From contig NC_092674.1 in NCBI RefSeq assembly GCF_964355755.1, forward strand, positions 14,198,001 to 14,262,000: a stretch of DNA of 64,000 nt, read 5' to 3'. The position numbers and the translations under genes are program-made. Below are positions 1-13,518 of this stretch, piece after piece (within the stretch, counting starts at the first letter, position 1; each line of letters opens with the position of its first letter). This DNA is from Antedon mediterranea. Taxonomy: Eukaryota; Animalia; Echinodermata. Below the pieces are notes generated by a model. The model saw only the letters and a program-made list of their open reading frames with translations, did not search any database and was not told the DNA's origin.

Positions 1-242
1 CGATCTCGTACTCGTTTTAAGAACAAATGTAGTTTCGTATCCTCGATCACCGATAATATGAAAACTATAGGTGGCAGCAGAGTTCTGGTACGCTTCAAAG
101 CATACGATATAAACAAAAACAAACTACTGTAGGCCTACTGTATAGTAGTACAGTAGTAGTACTGTGTACACTCGATCGTAACTAATCGGCACCAGGTCCT
201 TGGGTACTATTAAAGTAACGTGAAAATGGCCGAAAATTTGGT

Positions 243-608
243 AGATTTTGCAACAATTATTTGGAAGGTCATTACTGCTTGTATGGAGATCCAGCGTATC
301 CTATACGCCCATGGCTGATTTCACCGTTCAGACAAGGAGCTGCTAACTTAGATCAGCGTCAGCAGGAGTTCAATGCTGCCATGTCTTCTGTACGTGTTTG
401 TGTGGAGTGGGTATTTGGAAAGATGCTACAGAACTGGGCTTTTGTGGACTTCAAGAAAGACCTTAAGGTGTTTTTACAACCAGTGGCAAAATACTATATT
501 GTGGCTGGTTTGCTAACCAATTGTCATACTTGTTTGTATGGGTCAGTAACTGGATCATTTTTTGAAGTCGAACCCCCAACACTCGAGGAGTATTTGGGCA
601 ACGCTTAA
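243..608 (+). pseudogene. Harbinger (HARBI1-like, DDE_Tnp_4) transposase C-terminal fragment
   Basis: LYGDPAYP...FNAAMSSVRVCVEWVFG...LTNCHTC motifs. In-frame stop at 216-218 and no N-terminal half in the window. Confidence 0.85.
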
Positions 609-767
609 TTGAAAACTATAATAGATCCTCAACATAATTATCAATTGCAAATATATGTATTTATTGCACTACTACTACCATAGGTCAAAATTACTTTTCA
701 ATTACTATATTTATAAACAGTCTACTATGCTAAATTTCATATTTAATTAGATTGTATATAACATTAC

Positions 768-1512
768 TATCCACTTAGTAACGAAATATTGTTTTGATAT
801 TAAATGTTTTATAGGCCTATCAATAATATACCACTAAACACAGTAAAGAAGTACGATTTACAATACTTTTTTAAAACTGTCCCTGTATTCACAGTAAGAC
901 AATTTTGATTCAAATGCCAAACAAAATGATTAATATGTACAGTATTTTACAATATTGTCAAAGTATTGCAATATTATATGTAAGTTTTATTCTTCAGGGC
1001 CCATAAATTTACCTACTTGTGTTAAACCATGGGCTCATAAATTTATCTACAAACTGGGAGTCTGATAGATTGGAATGTTCCATTCATCGCAAATCAATAC
1101 ATTTGTATAAACGTATATTAAATCTATCAAAATAGTATTTTTTTAAAAGAAAATCGGCCTGTCTTCAACATTATGATACTGTACTCGAGCTGTTCAACCG
1201 GTTTTCAGCTATTAAAAACAATTATTGTAGGAGGAGATAGGAATTGTGTGCAGGTATTTTTTCATGAGAACATCCATTAGACAGTGTATACAAAGATCGG
1301 AAAACACCCTATTTGGGGCAAATCGTTGAACCTAAATTCGTTTTAATCATCAATAACTAATTATCTAACTAAATTTAATTAGTAAACAGGGTTACATCAG
1401 GTGGTTAAAATCACTACCGAGATTCTAACCAACTTTATATACCATCGAGTAAACATTCTAGAAATAACACGCGATTTACCGAGTTTTGCACTTACGTAAA
1501 TTTATATATAGA
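768..1512 (-). mobile_element. Helitron-like non-autonomous repeat lying between the two Harbinger genes
   Basis: Homologous to about 52281-53102 (part also to 51656-51775). Both copies stop at the same point, A|TCTATATATAAA on the minus strand, resembling a Helitron 5' end. No 3' CTRR/hairpin recognised. Confidence 0.45.
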
Positions 1513-1529
1513 TAGTGAGAATAAATAAA

Positions 1530-3269
1530 TTATTTATTGGCAAATGCCTTCAAACACTCTATTAGAGCGTCCCTCTCTTCTTTTTCTCTCTCTCTTCTGA
1601 AAAACGCCTCCTCCCTCTGCAACTGCAGCTCTTGCCTTCTAACCTCCAACTCCCTTTCCTTAAGATCCAGTTCTCTATTCTTCATAGTTGTGTAATTATG
1701 AAGTGAATTTGTCTTCATCTTTTTTTTTTCACTGGTTTTATCTGCCATAAAATATAAAAACAAAGTACAGTATAACACCATTAAAAATGTTGAAAGTATT
1801 AACCCTTTCTGAAGATGTTTTGGAAAAAAGTCTGGGTTTTCAGTTTTATGACATAATTTGTCATGATATATTTTAGAATATAAAATATGGAACCAATCAA
1901 ATAGATTTTTTTTTTCACTGAATGAGATTTTACATAATGATTTTGGTAATCATTGCTGTGTCATCACCCAGGGTAAAATGTTCATGCTTGTTTTCAAAGA
2001 GTTAAAGTTTATAATTACTTTAACTTACTTTATATATATAGAGTATACTAACCTCTATTTACTGGACCCAATGTTTCCAATGCTCTTTTTCTAATTTCTA
2101 AACCTGATTCAAACAACACCTCTGATTGAGTATTTTGCTTGATTTGTGGCTCTCATCCTTCAGGGTAGTTAGTTCTGTTAACAGCTGTTCTCTCTCTGAA
2201 TATTTTTCAGCACATCACGATCTGAAAAATTACATTGAATTTCTGGTAATTTAAAAGCAGGTTAATGAAAACTTTATACATACATATTATTTATTTAGCA
2301 CAGCGGGTGAAAAGTATTATTACCTTTTTTTATGCAGATGTCCTTATTTTGTAGACATTAGAAAAGCTTACATACCTCATTTTTACTTTATGTTTCCAAA
2401 TAGTTATGTTAACTATGAAGAATTCATAAATACACTTACTTTCTTAGTGATTCTAACTGCTGCGACTTAAATATCCTCAAGAGCTTTTCAACCCTCTCTT
2501 TAACTGATCTCGTGTTTACCTGCAAGGTGGATGAACGAAACACCTTGAGGGCAACATTGAAATTTGAAGCTACATCGTTCCATTTTTCTCCATTTTCATA
2601 AGGGTTTAGTGACAGGACCTCCTTCAGCAGCATTATGTCCGTTGCTGCGCAATACCTTATGGTTTTTTTGCTATAAAGAAATAAAAGTTATATGATTTCA
2701 ACTATTTTCATTTTCATAATTAATAATATAGACCATTCAGTGTTTTTAACACTCATTATTAATATTATACAGAAAAGCTCCATAACGAAAATAATCGATA
2801 ATCGATCGAATAATTGATCATTTTAAATCATAAATGACGACTTACCTATTTTCTTTCTGACCCAGTCCAAGCTCTTTAATTTAACAGCTCCTGTTAAATA
2901 AAATTGTAAATATTTTGGTGGAGAATATAATATTTTTACAGCTAAGTAGGCCTAGTTTAAGTTAGGCCCTAGCTGTTTAATAAATTATACAAGCTATGTG
3001 ACTAGCCTAGGCCTAGTAGTATTAGTAAGTAGGATCGGAGGCCCTGCCTGGCACCTACACCGCCTAAAAACTAGTTTAGGCCGCCTCCTCCTCTAGGCGT
3101 AGGCTAGGCCTAAACTAAATGTTTTCTGACTAGGCCTAGGCCTACAGAAAGTTCACAAATATATAATTTAGATTAGTGTTGAGATGAGTCTAATTCTTAT
3201 TTTAATAACTTATATCAGGAAAAGTACATGAAACGCTTTTTGCTATTGTTCAAAAGTTTAACTCACCAT
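1530..3269 (-). pseudogene. Harbinger-associated Myb/SANT-like DNA-binding protein, spliced and degenerate
   Basis: Exons: ATG at 3267-3269 followed by GTGAGT; 2846-2890 (frameshifted); 2440-2670 (DIMLLKEVLSLNPY...KWNDVA...RSVKERVEKLL); 2053-2221 (S*CAEKYSEREQLLTEL, internal stop); final coiled-coil segment to the stop at 1530. Confidence 0.7.
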
Positions 3270-5180
3270 GTCGCGACGTCGTGTATTTCTCGATTTTGCA
3301 GACGAGAACCAGCTCCTGTATCTCGGGCTACGAGCATTAGTTAATTAAAATTTCACATAAACTAATGACGTCATACACAAAAAACCCTTACTTTCTCGGC
3401 GGCTCGTTCCCGATCGAGATAGCGAAAGCTCTCTATTGTCTTCATACCCAAACTATAATTTAATTATTTAAAACAAAATGTTGAATTACAAATATATGTA
3501 TGTTGCAGAGGATTTAGATGAATTACAATACAAATATTTATGTTGAATGCAAACCTACTACACTATATTATTATTCTGTAAATTATGTTATTGTCATGTG
3601 GTAGACCTTAAAAATTGAATATTTATTGTATGTTAGGCCTATTTTATATTTGATTAATACTGTATTTTAGTTTAATATTACTATTAATTTATATTATACA
3701 GTACTAGTTTGTACATGTTTTTACCCAAAAAAAATGAATAAATAATTTGTTATTCAATCTAATTGCTTGTTTGTTCATCAATAACAAAACAATTGTAAGC
3801 AAGTATATAACAGTTCTTGTTAGCCGCTTATTTTAGGTCATAATATTATTATTAATATTAGCTAGGCCCGACGCGGCCGATCACAACGTCACTAAGTGAC
3901 TTTCCGCCCCTGGAACAATCGCTCGCTAATAGGGCTAGGCCTCGGACTCGTATAAAAGCTATTATAATAGTTATGATAAATATTCCTCAACTAAAATGTA
4001 TACTGTGATAAATAAACAAGTAATAATATACGTTGTATTGGAATGTATTTATTTATATGAATTCTTATACGCGGACAATTATAAACATCGTGTATATCGT
4101 TCGATATAAATAAATTCATAAACACGATGACGATGTGTTTACAAAATGGCGGTTTCGCTAGTTTTCGATGGAACAAATAGTGGTACCTTTAGTTTGAATA
4201 GTCGGAGCTGCATCCCAACCACCGAATTTTGTATCTTAATATCGTATTCTGTAGATTATTAATTTTTCTAACAGGGATTTTAAATTCAGGACTGTTCAAT
4301 TTTTCTAAATATTTTATTTCTAGGGTACAATTTCGGAAAAAAGACATTGGTTGATTTTGCCGTTAAATTACAGATTATCGTTTTGTTCAACGATCGGCTA
4401 TAAGAACATTCAATTGAATATATTTTATTTCGTAGGCTATTCTCTTTATCCCAGTCATATCAGCCTTTCCAGTTTGCTTCTGGTCTTTAGTGATTCATGA
4501 CCTCAATTGACGTATCCCTCCTATATTATTATACGTTTCATGTAACACATTATCAATTCCTTTAACTTTTAAAATTATATTCCTATGATGGGTGTGGACA
4601 GTAGACATAATCAATGATAAATGACATTTCGCGTATTATCATATTCATTCTCGGTAACAGTAGGTTCAGTTCTGTGGTGGGTCAAATCGCATACAATAAA
4701 CATTTAATTGGCGGATTGTCAAACATTGTAGTTTTATTTTTCCCTGTTAATACCTATATTTTATATTTTATTGTATTCAGTTGACAACCAACTACGATGA
4801 AACCGCCACTAACAGGTTGAATGTAAACATAATAAACTATAATAATACATTCAAATATGCAACAATAACATAAACAAAAATCGGAACATTATAGAGATTT
4901 AACAATGTTACCCTTAAATACATTTAAACTATCATAAAATAAATCAATATCCAAACAAGTAAAAAGCACACTATTAAATGTGTTAGGTAACCGCTGAAAA
5001 TACCTGTTTTTTGCATTCAACACGACCACAAGGAACGTGAAGCAAACACTTACTGCGAGTACGAGTTGGTATATTCCACTTAAACAAAGCAACAAGAGGA
5101 CAATAATAAACAGAATTGAAAGATTCTTACCTTTAGTAATTCTTACCTTTAGTAAAGTTAAGAGGCAATGAGTTTTTTTT

Positions 5181-8107
5181 TTAAACTCGTAGGGAGCCTC
5201 TTCTCTCATATGTGTGTATGTGTGTGTATTTGTCAAGCTTGTTTTTGAATGAATTTACACTCTTGCTATTGACAACAGATTCGGGCAGCGAGTTCCACTT
5301 GTTAATTACTCTAGTGTCAAAAAAATTATTCCGTTTAGTTGAGTTCCATCTAGGTTTCCTTAATTTAAAAGTTGAGCCTCGAGTGATATTTGGACCAACT
5401 TCAGATGCTAATTTAAAAAAGGAGTGGCGATCTATATTTTCGTAACCATTCAAAAATTTAAAAACTTTGATGAGGTCTCCGCGTTCCCTTCTTTCCAGTA
5501 AAGTTGGTAAACCTAGCTGTATCCTGCACTCTTCATAGGGCAAGTTTCTGAGTTCTGGTACAAGTTTTGTAGCTCGTTGTTGGATTTTCTCAAGTTTATT
5601 GATGTCTTGTTGTAGATATGGTGACCAGGCTTGAACTGCATACTCCATAACCCGACGCACAAGAGAAGTATAAAGCGACATGAACATCTGTTTATCCATA
5701 TATGTAAAGGATTTCCGTATTCGGCCTACAATTGAATTGGCTTTGGCTGCAACTTTGGAAACTTGTGTCGACACTTTAAAATTAAAGTCAGACGTTACAT
5801 AGACTCCGAGGTCTTTCTCAGCAGAGGTTGTATCAAGAACTGTACCATCAATTGAATAAGTGTGTTTTGGATTTCGATTTCCAATGTGCATTACTTTACA
5901 TTTAGATTTACTAAACTCCAGTAGCCACTTCTTACTCCACTGCTCAAGTTTACTCAAATCATTCTGCAGGGCATCTCGGTCGTTTACTGAATCAATCTTA
6001 CGATAAATCTTAGCATCGTCTGCAAATAGTTTACCATCTGATTCAATATTATCAAGTAGATCGTTGATGTAGACTAAAAATAAAGCCGGACCAATAACTG
6101 TGCCTTGAGGCACGCCACTGAACACAGGTAACCAACTTGAAACCGAACCTTTGATTGAAACACATTGACGTCTATTTTCTAAAAATCCACTTATCCAACT
6201 TAGAATATTACCTTGAATGCCATAAGCTCGCAATTTAATTTTCAGCCTAATGTGCGGAACTGTGTCGAAGGCCTTACGGCAGTCCAAGTATATAACATCA
6301 ACGGGATGTCTGTCGGCGAGAGCATTTTCTACATCGCGGAAAAATTCAAGCAATTGTGTTAAACAAGAACGATTAGTACGAAAACCATGTTGATGTTTGG
6401 TGAGTGTATTTTTAGTTTCGAGATGGATCATAATTGTGTTAGTTATGATTTTTTCTAAAATCTTGCAGATAACTGAAGTTAAACTAACAGGGCGGTAATT
6501 TAGAGGATCAGACTTGCTGCCATTTTTGAAAATTGGTGTAATGGTTGCGTCTTTCCAGGCAGCTGGTATTTCACCTGTTGCTAACGACTTTCTGAACAGT
6601 AATAACAGTGGAGGGGATATGTGGTCACAACATTCAATCAACACTTTAGGGTGGATGCCATCAGGTCCAGGGGATGATGAATCACGAAGATTTTTAATAT
6701 GCATTTTAACGTCATCAAGTGTAAAGTCCACATTGGTCAAAGGATGTCCATGAAAAACAGAAGCCATGTTTGGAATATTACGATTATCATTAATTCACTT
6801 GCTTCCTGATTGGTGGAAGAAAAAGATCCATCCTGTTTTTTTAGTTTGGATACCCCTTTCTTAATTGAAGTTTGACTACGAACATAGCTATAAAATGCCC
6901 TCGGATTTCTCTTAGCATTTAGTGCGACATCCTTCTCGAAATTAGCTTTAGCCATTCTTACTGCCGAAGTAGCATCATTTCTGGCCTTACAGTAATATGT
7001 ATGTCTTTTGTTAGACCTATGACGTCTGTAACGTTGCCATGCATCCTCCTTCATTTGAACTTTATTTAGTGCAAATTTTGTCATCCATTTCTGTTTACTT
7101 GGGCGGAGATTTGTGTTTACAATGTTTTTCGGAACACAATCAGAAATCAAAAAGTTAATCTTATTGTGAAAAATGTCCCACATTTCTTGGACAGATTTGG
7201 TTTCAAACAAGCTTTCCCAATCAACATCAGCGAGTTGGGCATTCATTGTAGTGAAATCACCTTTAAAAAAATTAAATTTAGTATATTCTTCTGCGCTTTG
7301 ATCAACAAAACAATCTAATACAAAATGAAAAATTATAACGGCATGGTCGCTTTTCCCGACTGGAGCATCATAACGTAAAATATCAACATCAAGTTCATGT
7401 TTACTAAAAATTAAATCAAGTAATGAAGGCTCGTCGTCTCCTCTTACACGTGTAAATTGTGTCACATGTTGCGTCAAGAACGAGTCATTTACTACATCTA
7501 AAAGTTTCTGCTGTTCACTCAATTCGCCGCGTCTAGTAGAAAGAGTATCCCAGTCTATATCTTTAATATTGAAATCTCCGCAAATTAAAATCTGGTCAGT
7601 TTTGTATGAATTAAATTTCAACAGCGTATCCCTGATCATCTGGTTGTATTCACCTCGAGAGCTAGGGCTACGGTAGACACAAGCGATAAGAGCAGATTTC
7701 TCTCCATATTTCAATAGACAAGTTATCACTTCTATATCAATCCAGACTTCGTCAATTACAATTTCAGAAACAATATCCTTGCGCACCAGGATTAGGACGC
7801 CACCACCTCCATCACTTGGAATGCTATCTCTTCTATAAACTAAATAAATATTAGTATCAAAATAAGTAATTGTATCGTGACTCTCTTCCAACTTTGTCTC
7901 AGTAACAAAAATAAGATGGGGGTTTTCTTTCACAACCAATGAACTGAAAAGGTTTCTTTTGTTCGATAAACCATCTAAATTTGTATACAGGCATGTAAGA
8001 TTTTTTAATTCGCTTGGTTTGGTTTTTGCCGTTGGCCTGTCTGTGTTTGACCCTGGTGATTTTCGTCTACTTTGATTTCCTTCAGTAACCCGTTTCTTAT
8101 TATCCAT
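5181..8107 (-). pseudogene. CR1 ORF2 (AP endonuclease + reverse transcriptase), split by a frameshift near 6770
   Basis: APE motifs (YTNLDGL, VTETKL, GDFN, LDLIF, SDH) in 6737-8107. RT motifs (NYRPVSLTS, KAFDTVPH, SGVPQGTV, LFADD) in 5181-6767. Confidence 0.9.
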
Positions 8108-9072
8108 CGTTTTTCTTTTATCCCGCGACTTTCGAGCTCCCAGTTTTTTTGGTTCCTCATTTCTACGAGTTGTTTTCTAGCCTTTCTCTCCTTAAGGGTT
8201 CGATCAGGAAACATTAATACATTATGAAAGTCGGCAGATTTTTGTAATTTATTTCTTGCCTGACCAGACAACAAACTAAGCTTGGTAGCTTCATCAGTAA
8301 ATACAACTTTAAGTAGTCTCGGTTTAGTAGAATTTGTATTTGGGTTATTATCATGAATCCGAAAAGCTGTCTTAATATCAACGTTACCAACGCAGGCAAC
8401 CAAAGCCATCCGTTTAACAATTTCAATATCATCTGCTTTCTTTTCGTCTGATGTTAACTTATTTGATTCTTTAAGACCCTGGATAATGAGGTTCGGCTTC
8501 CTCGCTTGTTGAGCATCGATTTCAATTTTAAAATCGTTTAGTTTTTCGTCAACAGCGGAATTAAACTCCTCACTATCTTTAAAATCAGTCTTCTCTTCTA
8601 ACTGACATACACGCCTCGTTACATCATTAAGGGATAAGTCGATGGATGCAAAGCGCTCTTCTAGTGTATTTAAAATGTGCGAGCCCCTGAACAACTTAGC
8701 AATTGAGCCTTCATTTCCTCTACAAGAAATGCAAATAAATGGGGGAGAATCTTCCTCGCTGAAAGCGGTATACTGAGCTTTAGAAATCTTTTGGCATTTA
8801 ATATGATACCATTTTTCACAGGCATCACAAGCAATACTGTTATCCTTTCCTTCAATCAACACCTTCCCACATGGTTGGTTTGCGTTACCTTCACATACAA
8901 AAATAGCCTTTCCAAAATTGTCAGCCTCTTCTAGGCCTAGGCCTATCCCACCATGGGCCCCTGCAACACCACCTTTTTCAGCAGAGCACTGCATCACTGA
9001 TTCACTACTAAGCCCCCGCTGTTGAGGCCTAGCTTTCTCGGCAGTTTTTTTCGGAATATTTCTGTTTGCCAT
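8005..9072 (-). CDS. CR1 ORF1 protein (PHD finger, coiled coil, RRM-like domain)
   Basis: Intact 355-aa ORF with CDACEKWYHIKC...FICISC (PHD), RKPNLIIQGLKE and KPRLLKVVF...PDRTLKER. Confidence 0.85.
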   Translation of the reverse strand: MANRNIPKKTAEKARPQQRGLSSESVMQCSAEKGGVAGAHGGIGLGLEEADNFGKAIFVCEGNANQPCGKVLIEGKDNSIACDACEKWYHIKCQKISKAQYTAFSEEDSPPFICISCRGNEGSIAKLFRGSHILNTLEERFASIDLSLNDVTRRVCQLEEKTDFKDSEEFNSAVDEKLNDFKIEIDAQQARKPNLIIQGLKESNKLTSDEKKADDIEIVKRMALVACVGNVDIKTAFRIHDNNPNTNSTKPRLLKVVFTDEATKLSLLSGQARNKLQKSADFHNVLMFPDRTLKERKARKQLVEMRNQKNWELESRGIKEKRWIIRNGLLKEIKVDENHQGQTQTGQRQKPNQAN

Positions 9073-10698
9073 TGAAAGTAAAGTTATGAATATGTAGTAT
9101 GAGAGAAGTTAGCAACCCTAGAAAACCAAAATACCTCACTTTACCAGGTAAAACAAATGCAAATTCTTGACTTTTTAAAAGATCTCAGCCAGCATGATAC
9201 ACACACTACTTTGTCGCCCTCTTTCTCTCTCTCTATATGAAAAGTTGTACAAAAATACCATATCAAAAACAACCCGATTTTCGAGAGAAATAAGAGTAAC
9301 ATTATAATTAGGACAAGTGCGAGTAAGGAATGTAATAAATTTGTTCTGAACATTAGAAATACGCCGAGTTTGTGTAAAAGAAATTGAATTAAAAATGACT
9401 GAACAGTATTCCGGGTGGGGGGGGGGGGGGGTTGCACGACTGAACGGTACAATGATGTTAATTCTCCATCGAAAAACAACAATTTAACTTACTATCAATC
9501 AAAACTCCCCAAATCCCTTTGAAAATTAACATAATCTAATTCCTGATCATTTAACTTACAGTATATTTGGTTAAAATAGACTTTCGCTGATTATACTATG
9601 CCCAAGAAAAACCCGTCGTGTTATTTTAACATTCTTACTACATCAAGACGTAACTGAAATTTCACAACAAAAGTCCTAAGTAGCATTTCTGTTACCAATC
9701 TCAACTTTGTTGCCTCCAAATAATAACACTAGGTATATTACCCGGGTCGTTATATGTTGGGTTTTGTACATATGTAGGGGACACCTCATGAAACGTCACC
9801 AAAAACATGCATAATGCAGTAGTCATATGCGTCTTGCCCTGGTCTCTGGTTTCCATGAGCCTGGTCATGTTATCGAGAACCATTCATATTCACTCACTGG
9901 AAGGTGAGAGAGCAAAAAGCAAACGAATCTAGTTATTATAAATACGCTAACATTTACCTCATGGAAAACATTAGCTCGTAGTATCATGAACGTGCGCATA
10001 TAGCGCATCGTGGTGTTAAGCCGAATCACAAAAATATTAGTGAAACGCGTAATAACATTGCAATAATTATTATTAATTCATAAATTTAATGAAAATATAA
10101 TCAAACAAAACAATTGTTCTGGAAGTTGTTTAAGGGTTATGTTAAAAGAAACACATCGACTACGATTTATTTTTAAACAATGTTAATATATGTTTTGGTA
10201 TCGGAATATGTCATATTTTCGATGAATTAAATACACTTATTTTAATAGCTAAAAAAGTATATTCAACTGTAACATTAAAGAAGACCCACTGTATTTTAAT
10301 AAATTTAAAGACATTGTTAAAAGAAATATTGAAATAGAAACAAATGTTGATTTGAAAATGATAATATGCATACAACCTAAATGAAAAAATTAGGAGTATA
10401 GTCTACCTTTTAACTACCATGATATGTATAAATGTTTGTTTGATTGTGTTTTGTTTTGTTTTTTGTTGTTGAGACTTTATGTGTTTTCCCGTGCATCGTC
10501 AGACTTCATTAATCCCGCCATTTTTATTTGCTTTTTTGATGTATATTAATATTTAAGGTGATTTTATATATTATTGATGTATTTTTAATGTTATTTATTG
10601 AGATGAGATGAAAGAAAGAAAGAAACCATTTTTTTTGTCTTGTTGCTACAGATGGTGGCGCATTGTTGTTTTTTTGTAATTGAAATAATTAAAAAAAA

Positions 10699-10876
10699 TA
10701 TTACAAAGTGCGACAGCAGTTATTACAAAGTGCGACAGCAGTTATTACAAAGTTCGACATCAGTTATTACAAAGTGCGACAGCAGTTATTACAAAGTGTG
10801 ACAGTTTTGTCACCATGTGCGCACGACAGGTATTACAAAGTATTATGTGACGATTATTACAAAGTGCGACAGTACA
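10699..10876 (+). repeat. 22-bp minisatellite (TTATTACAAAGTGCGACAGCAG, about 5 contiguous units) at a ...AGTACA end; probable subterminal repeat of a DNA transposon
   Basis: Direct tandem repeats without spacers. The paralogue at 44385-44671 has about 10 units. Confidence 0.8.
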
Positions 10877-12330
10877 AAGGGAGTTTACAGATAGTTATTA
10901 TATGCGATGTTTTTTTTCAAGACAGTTTATCAGGAATCGACCCTATTGTTGTTATTTCTTGAGTTAAGTTTCGGGATCATTAATTTGAAAAATATAGGTC
11001 TTGGTGAGCTCTTGCTTGGAGGTTTCCAGGTCCCGGAGTTTAAATTACCGCGACTTTTAAACTATCATTGGTTGATCTAACTGCCCAATGTCAAGATTAA
11101 CCTTGACAAGGTAGCGGTGTTCCGAGCCATGTGAGGGGTACAACCGTGCAGTTCTCGACAATACAGTAATCCTTGATACAAAGTATGAAATGATATACAT
11201 TGACCCGCAATGTGAGTTGGTTCATTTAGGTATTGGTTTTGTTTTAGAGTTACTGGGCTAGAATATTTTTTTTTTTATTTATTTTTTTTTTAAAGATGTT
11301 TTACTAAATCAAATTGATATATCGATTCATATCCATTTAATGTATCATTTGCATAAAATAAATAATGTAGCTCGTACAGAACAACACAATACAGAACAGA
11401 AAAGTCACCATTAAAAAAACATCATTCTCTAACATTCAGTGTTCTAAAGGCAGATGTTAAAACTATTACGAAATCTATTTGCACGAGGGGTGATGGACCG
11501 CTTCATTGAACTTCAAAAATAGTGCATGCGATAGGTGGGTCTTGTAAAATCGAATGTGTTTTCTTAGTAAAGTATCTAATGATTCAAATTGAGATCTGTT
11601 TGAGATCTGCTCTGCTCGTTTGAGTTCAAACGTGTCCTTGTGTGCCATGTTTATACCCTTACCCTTTATTGGTCGTGCCATTTAAGATCACTAGTGATTT
11701 ATTTACAATCTTCAGATGAGTGGGTACCGTATTAATTTCATATTGTAGGTGATTTTACGTTATAAAATGTCTGCATTGTTTTCAATTGTTTTCAATTGTT
11801 TTCACCTGCTTTGATAGAGACAATACTGTTAATAATTGTTTATTAGTAAACACATAGTGTACCCAGAACCAACCCAGTGTATTTGTGCACATAATAGTGT
11901 TGTGTAACATTTGTAATTTAGAGCGTTTTTTTGACACGACAAAGCATGTGAACTCCTGAAAACGTACAGAATCATAATAATGTAGTACATATGGTTGGTG
12001 TAACTTCACAATAATGATATAATGAAACATCATATGTTAGTCACCTTAATATGGTCATTTGCCATATACGATGATTTAAAAATTCAGAGTTTTAATATTA
12101 TAGTATTACAGTTGAATATTTGTGAGTGGTCACCTCCCGTAGTTTCAAAAGCCCGTTTGTTCTTCATCTAATTAGTGGACTTCCTGGAAGCAGCTATCTC
12201 ATGTGAGCGGCCGCAGAAAATTTGTTTACAACACATGTACATCAGATTGTTTGTATGGTAAATTACCTCCCTTAAGCGGCCACCCAAAAATTGGCTGCAG
12301 TCGCGTGCGCAAATTTTAGTTTAGTATTTA

Positions 12331-12389
12331 CCGACCGACCAACCGACCGACCGACATAGTGAGCTATAGAGTTTGCACGCGACTAAAAA
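12331..12389 (-). mobile_element. Fragment of the Helentron-associated (DINE-1-like) family seen at 22641-23389
   Basis: Reverse complement of TTTTTAGTCGCGTG...CTATGTCGGTCGG. Confidence 0.7.
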
Positions 12390-12524
12390 TACAATTTTGA
12401 TACTTATATTGTGCTTTATATATTAGCTTTATTTCGAAGCGGTTTTAAAGATATTTCTGTAAAGAACATTTCTGTGTGTTTTTAGATGATATGAGAAAAC
12501 TACACAGATTTTGATTGACTGAAG

Positions 12525-12738
12525 AAATGATTTGCACATTTGTAGAATACCTTTGGCACATTTAACGTCAAAACTGACCGTTTTTACATTTAACGGCGTT
12601 TGCACAAATGTGGTTGTTTGCACATTTGAAGGTAAAATGTTTGCACAAATGTGGTTGTTTGCACATTTGAAGGTACAATGTTAGCACAAATGTGGTTGTT
12701 TGCACAAATGTGAATTTTTGCACATTTAACGGCTCCAC
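12525..12738. mobile_element. One arm of a long-TIR non-autonomous DNA element (same family as 48763-48993 and 61678-62453)
   Basis: Repeated TTTGCACA(T/A)(T/A)TG motifs ending in TTAACGGCTCCACA. Confidence 0.6.
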
Positions 12739-13518
12739 ACGGGCACTACACGAGAGAAGCCCTTGATCAATGTTAGGACCAATCAAGGTACTTTAAACAG
12801 TCATGGCTTAGTCATCACTCAGATAAATGTAAGAATAAAATGACACTGCTGCCACTACAGACGTCGTATGCATAGTCTATTAATGACTGATGCAGGCCAA
12901 AACAATAATAAAAAATGCTGTATAAATTTAGTTACACAAATAAAAATATGAAATCATGAGAAGAAACACTCGGGAATTTACCCTCTTAGAATTATATTCA
13001 TGGCTAATGCCTCTATGTTAATATTTGAAGTTAAGTAATCATTGGCTATCGCAGACGTAAACACCTACATCGGATGTAGGCATAGGTGTTTACACATGTG
13101 TTGGAAAATCAGATAATCTTTAATAGACCGTATAGATAGATAGATAGATAGATCGTTGTTTTCTTTGTTTTACTAAATAATGGAAATAAGGATTTAGTCG
13201 AGTCGACTTTAGATTTGCAAGTAACAGAGAAGCATTTCTTTTGTCCGTTGTCAGATGGTTATTGAATCTTTGTTGTTGATTTCTCTAATACTTATGTAAT
13301 TAACCGCTTTACGTCACCCTGCATAGTAGGTATTGCCAATATGTATTAGAACTCTAGTAACTTTCCTTTTCTGATATCTATCTTGGACTCAATGTATTTC
13401 ATTTCTTTCACGAATATGAACAGTTTGTCTTAAATGAAAGTTAAATTGAATTTGAATTGCGTGTTTATTGTAATTAAGAATTGTCTGTAAATTTAATATT
13501 AATTTTATTTAAAATTAA

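Larger units (their letters stand above)
1..3434. mobile_element. PIF/Harbinger DNA transposon, internally deleted; left end probably just outside the window
   Basis: Convergent DDE-nuclease remnant and Myb/SANT-like gene. Right end ...CGATCGAGATAGCGAAAGCTCTCT (to 3434) looks like a TIR; the window starts with CGATC, matching its inner part. Confidence 0.75.
5122..9230 (-). mobile_element. CR1-clade non-LTR retrotransposon, near full length
   Basis: PHD-finger ORF1, APE+RT ORF2, and a 3' tail of two ACTAAAGGTAAGAAT repeats (about 5126-5156). 5' boundary approximate. Confidence 0.9.

Noticed and set aside
9701-9883. ORF conserved with 43532-43714
   Set aside because: Similarity is due to the segmental duplication; no coding signature.
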